Shown: in pieces, positions 1 through 11,561 of the stretch
How the letters are laid out: every line of letters starts with the position of its first letter
Numbering within the stretch: position 1 is the first letter of the stretch
Assembly: GCA_026025075.1 (NCBI GenBank)
Contig: JAPEUI010000014.1
Span: forward strand, 124,001 to 188,000
Reading direction: 5' to 3'
DNA from: Vezdaea acicularis
Lineage: Eukaryota
DNA length: 64,000 bases
Program-made: the position numbers and the translations under genes
The notes under the pieces: model-generated
The model's database searches: none
Told to the model about the DNA's origin: nothing
Seen by the model: only the letters and a program-made list of their open reading frames with translations

Positions 1-2
1 CC

Positions 3-311
3 CACCAACTCCGTGAGCGCGGCTGGGTCGTCCCCGCATACACCATGGCCCCGCACACGGATAAGCTCAAGCTGATGCGCGTCGTCGTCCGCGAAGACTT
101 CTCGCAGTCCAGATGCGATTCTCTCGTCTGCGACTTTGCCATCGCGCTGAAGACCCTGGACGACATGGACAAGCACACCGTCGCTGCACACGCCAAACAT
201 GTCAAGCAACACGTTACCAACTCGGGCAAGTCCACGCATAATCACCCACATTATGCGGATGAGGATCACTCGCTCCAGGGCCAGACCGGGAAGACCCACG
301 CCGTGTGCTGA
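3..311 (+). CDS. GAD1: Glutamate decarboxylase, 3' end only (gene starts before the window)
   Basis: Frame from position 3 reads HQLRERGWVVPAYTMAPHTDKLKLMRVVVREDFS...GKTHAVC*. GWxVPAY..M and MRVVVREDFS are the C-terminal signature of PLP-dependent glutamate decarboxylases. Confidence 0.92.
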   Translation, partial: HQLRERGWVVPAYTMAPHTDKLKLMRVVVREDFSQSRCDSLVCDFAIALKTLDDMDKHTVAAHAKHVKQHVTNSGKSTHNHPHYADEDHSLQGQTGKTHAVC

Positions 312-490
312 TGGTGGCATGGTGGACTTTGCATAAAGCATGAACGGCCTCAATGGATGATGTCGATGATGATGATGACTATAAAGCAAGCAAACATGTG
401 GGGGGAATGGACAAGGATAGGGGGCACTCGAGTAGTTACGGCCACGGCTCTAGTACAAATGCATCCCCGGTTTTATGTTTCTGCTTGCAT

Positions 491-1555
491 CTACGCCTGA
501 ATCTCCCCCCTGTCCCACCTCGTCATCACCTCCTCCACGAATCCTCGCAACTCCCCTTTCCTCTCCTCCGCGCACCAACTGCCCCGAATACCCGCCTCAC
601 AGATCCCTCGCCACTCTTGCGCGGACAGCTCAAAGGCGTCTTGCACCGCACAGTAATTCTCCTGTATATACCCCCCAAAATAGGCCGGGTCGTCGCTATT
701 GATACTGAACTGCACCCCCGCCTCCAGAAAGCGACGAATGGGTAACTCAGCCACGCTCGGCACGCACTGTAGCAGCACGTTGGACAGTGGACAGACAGTG
801 ACAAGCGTCTGCTCGCGCGCGACTCGCGCCATGAGCTCCGCATCGTCCGCAAGACGTATCCCATGATCGATGCGCTGCACGCTCAGTTCATCCAGCGCAG
901 CGCGAACGTAGCCCGCAGGCGCCTCCTCGCCGGCGTGTGCGGTGCGCTTGATCTCCTTGCTCGCGGCGATGGCGTAGAGCTCGCTGAAGAGCGGCGGCGG
1001 GAAGGGCAGCTCGTTGCTATCGAGGCCGATGCCAGCGAGCTTGCCGCTCTCGAGGTCGGGCAGGGCCGTGTTGAGGGTTTCGAGCGCGTGTGGGACGGGC
1101 AGGTGGCGCAGGAAGCACATGATGAGCAGGGTGGAGAGGCCGAGCTCGCGCTCGGCGCGCTGGCAGGCGGTTGTGAAGCCGGATATGACGGTCTCGTAGG
1201 CGACGCCGCGGGTGGTGTGGGCTTGTGGGTCGAAGAAAACTTCGGCGTGGCGGACGCCCTGGGCGTGGGCGCGCTGGAAGTAGTCCCAGGCGAGGTCCTC
1301 GAAGTCGGAGGGGGTCAGCAGCACGGATTGCGCGGTGGTGTAGTACGTTAGGAAATCGGAGAGGGAGGAGAATGAGGCGTAGCGCGTAGTGAGCGTTTCG
1401 AGGGAGGTGTACGCTGGGTTGGAGGCGGGGAGGGGGATGTTGTTCTTGCGGGAGAGGTTGAAGAGGAGGGTTGGGGAGAGGGCGCCCTCGAGGTGCATGT
1501 GGTGCTCACATTTTGGGAGGGCGGTCAGGAGAGGGTGGAGGGGAGACTTGCACAT
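491..1555 (-). CDS. AAH1: Adenine deaminase (adenosine/adenine deaminase family), intronless
   Basis: 354-aa ORF with LPKCEHHMHLEG, AEVFFDPQAH, HAGEE, RIDHG, TVCPLSN and INSDDPAYFGGY metal-binding amidohydrolase motifs. Confidence 0.95.
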   Translation of the reverse strand: MCKSPLHPLLTALPKCEHHMHLEGALSPTLLFNLSRKNNIPLPASNPAYTSLETLTTRYASFSSLSDFLTYYTTAQSVLLTPSDFEDLAWDYFQRAHAQGVRHAEVFFDPQAHTTRGVAYETVISGFTTACQRAERELGLSTLLIMCFLRHLPVPHALETLNTALPDLESGKLAGIGLDSNELPFPPPLFSELYAIAASKEIKRTAHAGEEAPAGYVRAALDELSVQRIDHGIRLADDAELMARVAREQTLVTVCPLSNVLLQCVPSVAELPIRRFLEAGVQFSINSDDPAYFGGYIQENYCAVQDAFELSAQEWRGICEAGIRGSWCAEERKGELRGFVEEVMTRWDRGEIQA

Positions 1556-4500
1556 TGTGGATGTGTATCTGGGAGTCCGTGGAGGATTGGTAGAGTTTAG
1601 CTAAGTAGTTTTGTTGCTGTTTGTGTCGACGGCGAGCATGCAGTCGTTCCAAGGGCTCAGGATGAAGCCATTGATAAGCCGACAGCCGCGGTCACGCTAG
1701 TGGAAGTCAAGTCGATCAAAAGAGCGAGGTACCTGCCATGCGATGAGTTCTTTGGACGATGTGTTGACGGTTATTGGAGTCCGCTTACTATCTGGTGAGC
1801 AACATCGTAAGCAAAGAATAGTGGGGCATTTGATAACGGAGCGCGGCTCAAAAAGGAAGCTCGCATCGCGCAGTGGACGATGTCACCTCGTTGGCCACAT
1901 CCGACGGCCCGAAATCGATCCTTGAACTTTCAAGCTGGTTCCTGCATCGTCAAGAGAAGTTCAATCTTCCAAGAGGCTCAGTCATTAGCAAGAGGGCAAC
2001 ATGCAGTCTGATGGATTCCGAATCTGCCAATCAAGAAGCCTCCAAAGGAAATCTCTGCCGATCAGATTTCATCCAGCGATCCTGGAGTTGTATCAGAACT
2101 CATTCCTGGTATCCGATCGATCCTGCAGCTCGGTGCAGTTCCTGGGAATGAGATTTTCGGTAGACCTTAATTGGACGTGTTTCGATCAGAGCAGACGGAG
2201 ATATCTCCTTTGCAGCATCAGGACAAACATCATCCGCAGAAGGAACGGCCTGAGTTAAGGGATCAACGCTGTCATCATTGTTTTGAAAGGGGGTTCCTTG
2301 TCTAAAGAAGGACATACTATCATGAGGGAAGGCGATCCGGGCGATGCACGGTCGAAAGAAGATGACGGCAGTGGCTACGGTACGCGAGAAAACCATAGAT
2401 CCTTTCACACCTAATATTCTTAGGCAAATCTAGGGCAAGACAGGAATCCTTGCAAGGCGATGGGCGGTGGTCCTTGGAACGCCTTCATGGATCGATATGC
2501 CGCCAACAGCTGGCGGTTCAAGAGTTTGAGATATTCCCATTGCTCGGAAGAGAGGGATTTTGGGTCCGAGACAGTTTGGGGGACCGGCGTCGGGAGACCC
2601 ACGGTTGAGAGCCCTTTACACAGTGTTCGAGTACATGAGGAACACGGCACACGCAGCAGCAGGCAAACAAACAGCACCAATCACCCTTTGATACCTCAAA
2701 CCCACACTCTCTGCTTCCTGTGCCCGCTTTCGACCGACCGTGGGACACGCTAGGTCTGCTTCAGAGAGGATATGCGGCTCGTCACTGGAAGATCCATCCC
2801 GTCTCCCGCCCTCAGGGGATGATGCTGGTGATCTGTGGGATCAACGCTTTGTAGATCCTCTATCGGTATTGTTGTGGCACCGTGCATTGGTGGCTCTGCT
2901 CCTATCGGCTTTCGGCACTCACTTTCGAGTTGCAGCTGGTGTATTGCATGCTAAGACGTCTCGTTGAAGCTTGTCGTCGGATCTCGTCCGAGTAGCTCTC
3001 CTGAGTTCGTCGGGTTTTCGAGGGGCACAGGATCGTGACGATCGTTTTTGCAGTGGCGGGGTATAGGGCACACTAAAGAAGGTCGGTTTTTCATAGCTCC
3101 GTCACCATTCGCACTATGATCTAGAACTTCTCTCGTCCTCTCACTCTCCGCTGTGGGCAATGTGCACGACGATTTTTGCCTGCATCTTGATCTCTTCCCG
3201 ATCTATCATGATCGGCGCTTCTGACTTCCGTCTTAGGGTACAGACTCGGCCCGAAAGACTTGGTCACAAGCCGTGGACAAATCCCCCAGCGCACTCCCGA
3301 ATTTATCGTCGAAAACCACACACACCCATCAATACGATTCTCTCATGACTGTTTCCTTGCCATGCTAGTGTAGTCAAGATAGAGTTTTTTTTTTCCAAAC
3401 TCAACTTCGCCACGACTCAACTTGATTCTTCATTGCCGTCCTCCAATGACTTAATCAAATGTGGATATTGGTGGAAATAATTTAAGAAATTAGCCATTGC
3501 TCTTATATGACCTAGTCATATACATGCGCGAATATATTGAAGCAAACAGTTCTAGTCGACGGTAGCTAGGGAAAAGCAAGGCAATTGTAACACCTAAATG
3601 GGAAGACCACTATTCACATTCAGAAAATATCGATAAGCTACCAGCAAGGTCCGGAGATGATTTCTCTTAGGGCATGCTGGCGGCTAGTTCACTTGAATTG
3701 CCTAGGCCCTGTCATCACACGCTTTCGAAGATGCTCTTTCGTTCATGGCGAAGCAGACAAAAAGCTGCTGTGGGCCGAGAACGTCAATCGGCCATCTATC
3801 ACCCAACAAGAAGCTTAGGGGTTTGGAACTGGTGGTGTCTTACCCATAAATCACCGGTGGACGGCTGGGTTTCGAGGACGCCCGTTGCTGTCCGATCTAC
3901 AGCAGAGTCTCATAGCGAGAGATCGACGATGCACGTAAGGAAACTTCCGACATTGTTGCCACATCCCATTTGGCAAGATAGCAGGACGCTAAGGCTAGAG
4001 GAGCGCCGAGTCGGGCAATGGGGAGAGCACCACCGAAGTCTCCTTGGATTCTTCCCTGGATGCTCCGTGGATTCCCTCCTCTCTATCCGCCCTCCCGCTG
4101 TGGCTGCAGCCAGCCTATTGGATCAACCTCTCGAATATCGCCATCAGCAAATCACGGCGCCCATGGTAGCATGCCAAATGGCAGCCCTTGGTCCGGGCGC
4201 AAGTCCCGATATTGGTGCACCTGCTAAAACGTTGGGGCCTTCTGTACCGTCGCGGATGCAGCACGCTATCTGTCGACTTGTGCTCATCAGGTAAGAAGTA
4301 AGTCGACAACCGCATACGGCATCGACCGCCCTGGCGCCATACGCTGAAAGTAAGTGCGCGATAGCCCTCGACGAAGACGCGACACCGATCTTGCGGGGGC
4401 GCGGAGTGCCGTGTGGCCAAGGCGCATCCCACCGGGAAATATCAAGAGGCAGGATGAATAACAGATGTCCTTCGGCGTGACGGTGCGAGCAGCACGGCTG

Positions 4501-5134
4501 ATGAGTGGTCGGTTTCGGTTTTGGTTTCGGTCCTTGCAGCAGGATATCTCCATCGGATGCGAATGTGGATGCGCCGACGGCGACGAGGGCTCAACGATAG
4601 CCGATCCACGAGCCTAAACGGTCACGGTCGTGTAGGCGAGCGGCCATCAACAAGCCACCGCCTGACGCACGCACAGACTTAGCGGACCGTTGGAGATGGC
4701 GCCGCGTGCCATCATCACTTTCCTCTTTGGACGCATCCTACAGACGTCGTGCCATTCCAGGGCATGAAAGGGGGCGGCCAAGCCCTTGCGCGGGGAGGAA
4801 ATGGATACTGGATCGGCAGGGAACGCGCTCATTGGGCGCGGAGTCCGTCGACGGGGCGGATAGACGCGCATCCCCCATGCAGAGCAAAAGGAGCAGTGAA
4901 ATGTGTCGACGATGAAGGGTTCCCTCCCGTCGGACAAACGTGACAGTCCAAAACGCCGGATCCTGAAAGCCTGCGAATCGGGGACTTCGGCGACCTCGGC
5001 GACTTCGGCCAGCTTTGAGACGCCGTGTCAGATGTGAGACCGCAAAGCGCAACAGCGCAAAGCGGTCCGCACACTGAATGACTTGCGCCGTCATCTGTCC
5101 CGGTTGTCGCTGCGGTAGGGCGGGCTGATGATCC

Positions 5135-5188
5135 TGCCTCTGCCTCTGCTGCTGCTGTTGCCGATGCCGTTGCCTTTGCCTCTGCCTC
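5135..5188. repeat. Degenerate TGCCTC/TGCTGC hexamer tandem repeat
   Basis: tgcctc tgcctc tgctgc tgctgt tgccga tgccgt tgcctt tgcctc tgcctc, read directly. Confidence 0.7.
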
Positions 5189-7607
5189 CGGAAGAGCCCC
5201 GTCGCAGTCGCTGGCCCGTCGCCGTGGCCCGTTGCTGCTTGGGAGCCATCGACTAGATTGCCACTAGACCCCAGATCTCCTTACCGATAGCCCCCGTTGC
5301 CTGTCAGAGCTGCAAGAGCCGGACTTCGGTGCTGCAGCGACGGCAGTTCTTCCACCCTTGCCCTCGACATCCGTAACTGGCCAGGGCTTTGCTGCGGTGC
5401 TCTTCGATCGCGCGCTCACCGTCAGGGCATCGCTTGCTGCGTCCCTTCGAGAGTGGACGAAAGCCGCATACGCCATACTCGCCCCTCTCAGCGTGGGATG
5501 AGGGTGAAAGAGGAGGTGAGCTGACACGGGCGATGGCGGCGCCGACGGATGGTGCAACGACCGGCGCGGTCACCGTCTAGGCCCATGATCGTGAACTTCG
5601 TCGACCGCGTGCTCTAATTGACGTCCGCGCCACAGGTTGAGGGCGCGATGATAGGGTTCATGCCCCCCGCCCTCCTTCTCCTTCCCCCAACCATCGATCA
5701 CGCTCGGGTTGACTCGAGAAGCGGTGACCGCACTGCGTGTCCTTTCAAGGTCGACCGTTGCGGCCATGGCCGGTTTCCGCTTTCGGCTGCTCGGGAGGGG
5801 CACAGACCTGACGAAATGACGCCCGCCCGGTATTCCCACTTTCAGTATAGTGGGGGCTGTTGCCGATCGCCTCTTGTGCCGAACGTCAAATGCCTACCAC
5901 CAGAGGCAGTTTAGTGCAGAGTCCAGGCCAGATGCTTCTCGGTTCCAACCTTTCTTCTGCCAGTGACATCTGATGCCATCCCTCGACAGCTTACCGTAGC
6001 TGCTCTCGCCGAGACCGCCCGCGGCCTGGATCGGCCAATCAAACGTCTATAGCTGTTGAAGATGATCTTCACCGTCTATCAATTCCTGACTGGGCTCTTC
6101 TCCTCGCGGCAACGCTCCCGAACGACCCACGGCCGGATAAGGATGAAAGGATGATGCCAGCATACTCGAGGGGGCCCCCTTCTGATCCTTTCTCACCCCC
6201 CAACCTCTCAGAGGTGCTCTCGAAACATGCCACTCTCTGCTTGCTCCGCGGCTCCCTGCATAGGGCACATGGAGGGCAAACCATTCCGGCCAGAAATGCC
6301 CTTCGCGGCTGGTGCTGTCGATCCTCAGAAGCAGGGCCACATCTCACTATGGCCCGGACTCCCTGAGCGACAACACCGTGTCGCCGCAAGGACCTTGTTC
6401 CGCCCATCAGGACGGATATGCTCCAGTACAATGCTTTCCCGCATCTGGCCCTCTTCTTAAACCGGTCTGTGCCCCTCTTCCGTGGACCCGGTCGGAACTC
6501 AGGCAACATTCATCATTGGCTCCCCAAATCAAGGTCAGGCGTCGTCACCGAGCATAGCATCCGGCACCCATCACTTTGGGAATTTTTTCTTGTTCAATCA
6601 TCGTTCTCCCCCCGCCACCGGCGCCAGAGCTATCTCGAGACGAGACGAGACCTTGAACATCTGGGGCTGCTCAGCATTCTGATTTTTCACCCTTGGGCTG
6701 GCGGCAAGAAACAATCCCTCTAATTGCTGCTGCTCTCGCAATCCCACGTTATTGTTCCTGCATCCCGGCAAGCTGCGCGCCTTCCTGCGCATGGCACAAC
6801 GGCAGCAGAGAAGCATATTGAACGCGCTCTAATGTGCACCTCACTATACCAATCCTGGATTGAATCGGCCGATTGCTTATCTCCTAGCGGCTTAGTACCT
6901 CATTGCGGCAAGCTTATATGCTTGAGAAGCACTTTGAAGTTTTGAAAGTGAGGCATCTCTCTTCTGCCACGCCCCTCTGCACACTATACACTCAATTGCA
7001 CCCCTCGTCTTCTCCTTGTCCTGACTTTTCTTTGCACCACCAACTTCCCTTCCTTCCTTCAATCTTTACTTCCCCACCCGTTTGACGAAGGCATCAGAGG
7101 GGTCCAACCACATTTGCAAATCTTGCGCCGAATCTAGGTCTACTCACCTTCCCCACTTCCACTGCGCTGGCGTCTTTAGCCGTTTCACGTCTTTATTGAA
7201 CGTCTTTATCGTGATATGACGATATGGTGGAATTGATTTCGTTTGCGACGTGTGCTTATTCCCGAAACGGAACTTCAGATCCTCCAATTCAAGCGTATCG
7301 TACCAGCGTAGCCCCAATACTTCCAAGCAGGTCAGCGCAGGCGACTTTCCTTCGAGGGGTTGGGGAGAGCTCTCGAGGTCAAGAGGTCGACCCGAACCTG
7401 CCAGTTCGCCCCACTGCTAAGCTTCCTTTCTCATTCTGTGAGTGAAGTAGTGGCATGTTGTACGGCTATCACGACTTGACTGTGGCTGCACCGAGGGAGT
7501 TAATACTCCAGGATCGGCGCCGACTACAGTCTCTGTTCTATCAAAACAGTCCTGCTGCAAGATCAACGGCCTGAAGGGATCAAGGTGCTTACACCCAGTT
7601 AAGCGGC

Positions 7608-10181
7608 ATGGCAGCGCCTTCATCAAAGGCTTACCAGCAACACTCAGCTCCAGCGCACTCGACTCCGTCCTATGATTCATCATCATCAGCATCAAATCCG
7701 TCGCCACAGAGAGTCTTACCGCCAGCCGGCTTGATGAATGCTGGATCAAGTCGACCCGGTGGTGGACCAAACATTCAGCCACCTCCACAACTTCAAATGC
7801 CCCCGGCCCCAATGTCAGGATCAGCTGGTTACGCTCATTCCTGGGGCTCGGCATCGGCCTCTCCAAGAAGTGGACCCCCCGGGCTTCATGATACGATTTC
7901 CTCTGCGGGGATCCCGCCTCCAGGAATTCCTCCACCCCACATGTCAGCAGCGGGCCTTCAGGCACAAAAGCGAGCCTACCGTCAAAGACGGAAGGATCCA
8001 AGCTGCGACGCTTGTAGGGAGCGAAAAGTGAAGGTACGTAAGGCATTGTGCTTAGCTGCAAGGTGTTCGTCGCTGAAAATCTCAGTGTGATGCCACCGAT
8101 ACGACGAGTTGCTCAGAATGCACAAGCCGCAATGTCAAATGTCAATTCACCAAGGAGACAAACCGCCGCATGTCATCGATCAAGTGAGTATATCAGAGCC
8201 TAAGTTCACAGCGGGACACTCATTCTTTCCCGTCAATAGACAGGTCCAAGATCTGGAGAAGCAGCTTGTGCAGGCAAGGCAACAATTGAATTCGTTGCGT
8301 TCGCTTTCCAAGGAAGGGTCGATGGATATCGACGCTGAGATTTCCCATCAGAGCACGCTCAATCTGCCAGACATTGGTTCTCACCCACACAGACATCCGC
8401 GGCCTCCACCCAGTCACGATCTTTCACGAGTTCGCGCAAACCTGCGCAACATTGGTCGTGGAGTATTCAAACCACCGCCTCCGTACAGGCAGCTTGGTCC
8501 TCAACCTTCTTTCTCGCCTCCAAGGCCGGCCTTGTTGCCTAGGGGTCAAGCAGAGCACATCCTCGATCAGTACTATTCAAATGTACATACTGTAATACCA
8601 ATCCTCCACTGGCCCACTTTTTGCAAAGAGGTCGACGAGGTCTATAAGGCTGGCACTCTCCACGGTTTCCCACCAATATGGGGTAGTCTTTTCTTTTCGG
8701 TGCTTGCCTGTGGCACGATTCATACGACGTCTCCTTCGAACAAAAAACTGGACGAGGGCAAGGAATACATTGAAGCAGCGCAGCGGATGGTGGACTTTTA
8801 TGATGACGAGTTTGCCGTGAACAACGTCAGGCAGGCGCTCTTAACCAGTGTGTTCCTCTGCGAGATGAACCTTAAATCGGCAGCGTGGGTTTGGCTTGGC
8901 GCAAGTATTAGAATGGCTCAAGACATTGGTTTGCACTGTGACACGGGGCCTTGGCCGGCGATCGAAAACGAGATGCGAAAGCGCGTCTGGTGGGGAATCT
9001 ATGTATGGGACAGGTCAGCGCTCATTGAGAAATACTGCCCACAAACATCCGCTGACTTGAACAGGCTACTTTCGCTTGAACTCGGAAGGCCTTTGCAGAT
9101 CGATGATGACGATTGCGATGTTGGACTGCCCTGCCCAGTCGACGATAGGTTCATTCATGACAGTGGAATACTCGCCCCAAGCGGCGTTTCACAACCAGGT
9201 AACTTTCTGCTAAGTACAATACATGTCGTCAGATCAATCGGACAGTTAAAGAAGACGCTCAAAGCTCCTGTTCTTACGAGCCAGACTCTTCACACCTTTG
9301 AGACGCACTTCGCGGCTTGCATGGCTACATTTCCCCCCAGTTGTCAACCAAATTCTCCGGATTATTTGGATCCACGGTACCTGTCTCCGGTATTCTACCT
9401 GCAGAATGTGCGCTTGGCTTTACATCGACATAACCTGTCCACCTCCTCTTTGCCAGAAGCACGTTCGACAGCATTGGATCATTGCGTTGCTACCGCCAGA
9501 GATACATTCCGCTTTCTCTCCCGTGCGATGTCTTCACCACAGTCCAGCCCCAACTCCCAGGAAAGACAACGCCCTTGGGAGGATCGGCTTGCCGCTGCCG
9601 CCACGACGCTACTCTGTGCGCACATCTGGAGATGTACTCTCTTTCTCTGCTTCCGTGCTTATTACACAGAGGCACTGGCTTGTATTCGCGCATCGGCCGC
9701 AATCGGCGACAATCGCGCGGTGAACGTCGCGTGTGGCCGGAATCTCGCATCATTCCTCAGAGTCTTAGTTGCAAGACTGCAAAGAGGAGAAGGGAACAAC
9801 CTTGACCGGGACGAAGAAATGATGGCATATGTCTCCGGCGACGTACAAGCCAGCGCGGAGAGCAGCTGGGTCTGGCACGGGAGTGAGACGGGCATGACGC
9901 TCAACAACATTGAGAAATCCTCTTCCCTCTTCCAGTCGTCAGGCGCTAGGTCCGAAGGCGCCAGCCACATGCCCTCTCTGACCGTTCTGACACCAGAGGA
10001 AGCCAACGACTGGGGCGGCTGGGAAAAGCAGAAATGGCTTCTGGAGACTCTGTTGCGCGAGCAGAGGGGAGCGAGTGGACACGTTCGGTCATCCCCAGAT
10101 TCGAGCCCGCCGAGCGTTATGCCGCCGCCCCAGCCCTCAGCACAATCACTGAGCAGGATATCGATTGCAAATATCATTTGA
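7608..10181 (+). CDS. Zn(II)2Cys6 fungal transcription factor with Fungal_trans middle homology region
   Basis: Exons about 7608-8033, 8086-8183, 8240-9013, 9065-10181 (GT-AG introns; the third is a 51-nt in-frame intron hidden in the ORF track). The spliced protein reads [32 protein letters not shown], then [19 protein letters not shown] and [24 protein letters not shown]. Confidence 0.93.
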
Positions 10182-10725
10182 GCCTAATCACGAGTTCTTT
10201 TCGTTCAAATCTCTTTTATGGGGTTGGAGTTCTCGGGTTTCGACTCCTACTTGTTGGTAGAATTACCCACCTAGTAACGCCCTTCAGACGACGGGGACGA
10301 TTATATGACGATCAAATGCAATCCATACCACTTTTTCAAGGCTCCTTGCGTCTAACATCAGGTTTCTCAAGATACTCAACAACGACTCGTAGTCCACGAA
10401 CAAGCACGAATGACATGTGGATGAAGGAGGGGTGTAAAGCGCTTGTGTCCGGTAGTGGCGTTTACTCGCTTTCAGTGAATCATCAAATGAGTGGCTGGCG
10501 GGGTCCAGCGCACAATCTGTTCATTCAACGAAAGCGTATCGCGGGATGGGGTAATACGGTCGACCCTCACGTCTTGGCTCTGCTCTGCATTAGAAACAGG
10601 GGAGCTTCACATGTAAATGTATATATCATTCCGTATCAATATCCATATCCAATCCATACCCTTGAGTAGCCATTTCCCCCATTCTCGTTGGTAATCAGTG
10701 ATCATCTCTTTTACAGTGTCTGCAT

Positions 10726-10739
10726 CCCCCCCCCCCCCC
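10726..10739. repeat. Poly(C)14 homopolymer
   Basis: Read directly in the intergenic sequence. Confidence 0.8.
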
Positions 10740-11561
10740 TTAACTTAGGCGGGAAGAGCTGCGTATTGAAGACAGGGTCTTGTAAAAAGGAGAATATCTC
10801 TTATGTCAAGTGTTACCATCTGCATATGGACAAGGATTTCGGGACCTCACGACATGCCCCACTGTTCATGAGATGAAGCGCTCCTCATTTTATGGAGATT
10901 GATTATGTGAGTTCTCAGAAGAGAAAACGTACTTGGGAAAACTAGAGCTCCCCTAGGTAAAGATCTTCAAAGCTTTTCCCCTTCCAAATGCTTCTTTTCC
11001 ATCTTATCCCTCCTTCTGCCCCTGCACGCAAAGCCGGAATACGAGAGAACTCCGATCCTTCCAACTAAAAACGTTTTCTACTTCTGTGAAAAAGGAAAAA
11101 GAAGTAAAAAGAAAATATAAAGATCATTCTATAGGGCTCAGATCGGATATATTAATGCCAAATTTGGTATCACTTTAGCGCAGAGTGAAGGATATGAATG
11201 AAGCCGTAAAGGGAGTGTTTACCGATCACGATAGTGAGGCCCTGTCGCTTGTCGCTAACCAAGAATATCGGTTGTCATGGCAGCAAGGCCGCGCTTGCCT
11301 CGTTGCCGATCCAAAACAATCCACGGTCGCCCGCCGAGCTTACAACGTCTCTGTACCTACTGAGTCCTTTGCATGTGCTTCTGTACAATTGTTCTTACTA
11401 TCAAATTGATGCTTCTGGAATATCTTACGTACTTGTAAGATAGGTTGTTTGGTGTCATCAGGAGTGCTCCAAGACTACAATCTGGTCCAGGGACAGGTTG
11501 TGCGGCTGCAGGCCGTCGTCACCTTACCTTTGAAACCGACATTCCTCGTCGATCCATTCCA

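Noticed and set aside
3674..4294. 206-aa ORF and other 60-150-aa ORFs in 3600-7100
   Set aside because: They have no recognisable motifs, show the Arg/Ser/Pro-rich composition expected of random GC-rich frames, and overlap one another on both strands.
10034..10669. 211-aa ORF overlapping the transcription factor's 3' end
   Set aside because: It is an alternative frame running into the 3' UTR, with no domain and no supporting signals.
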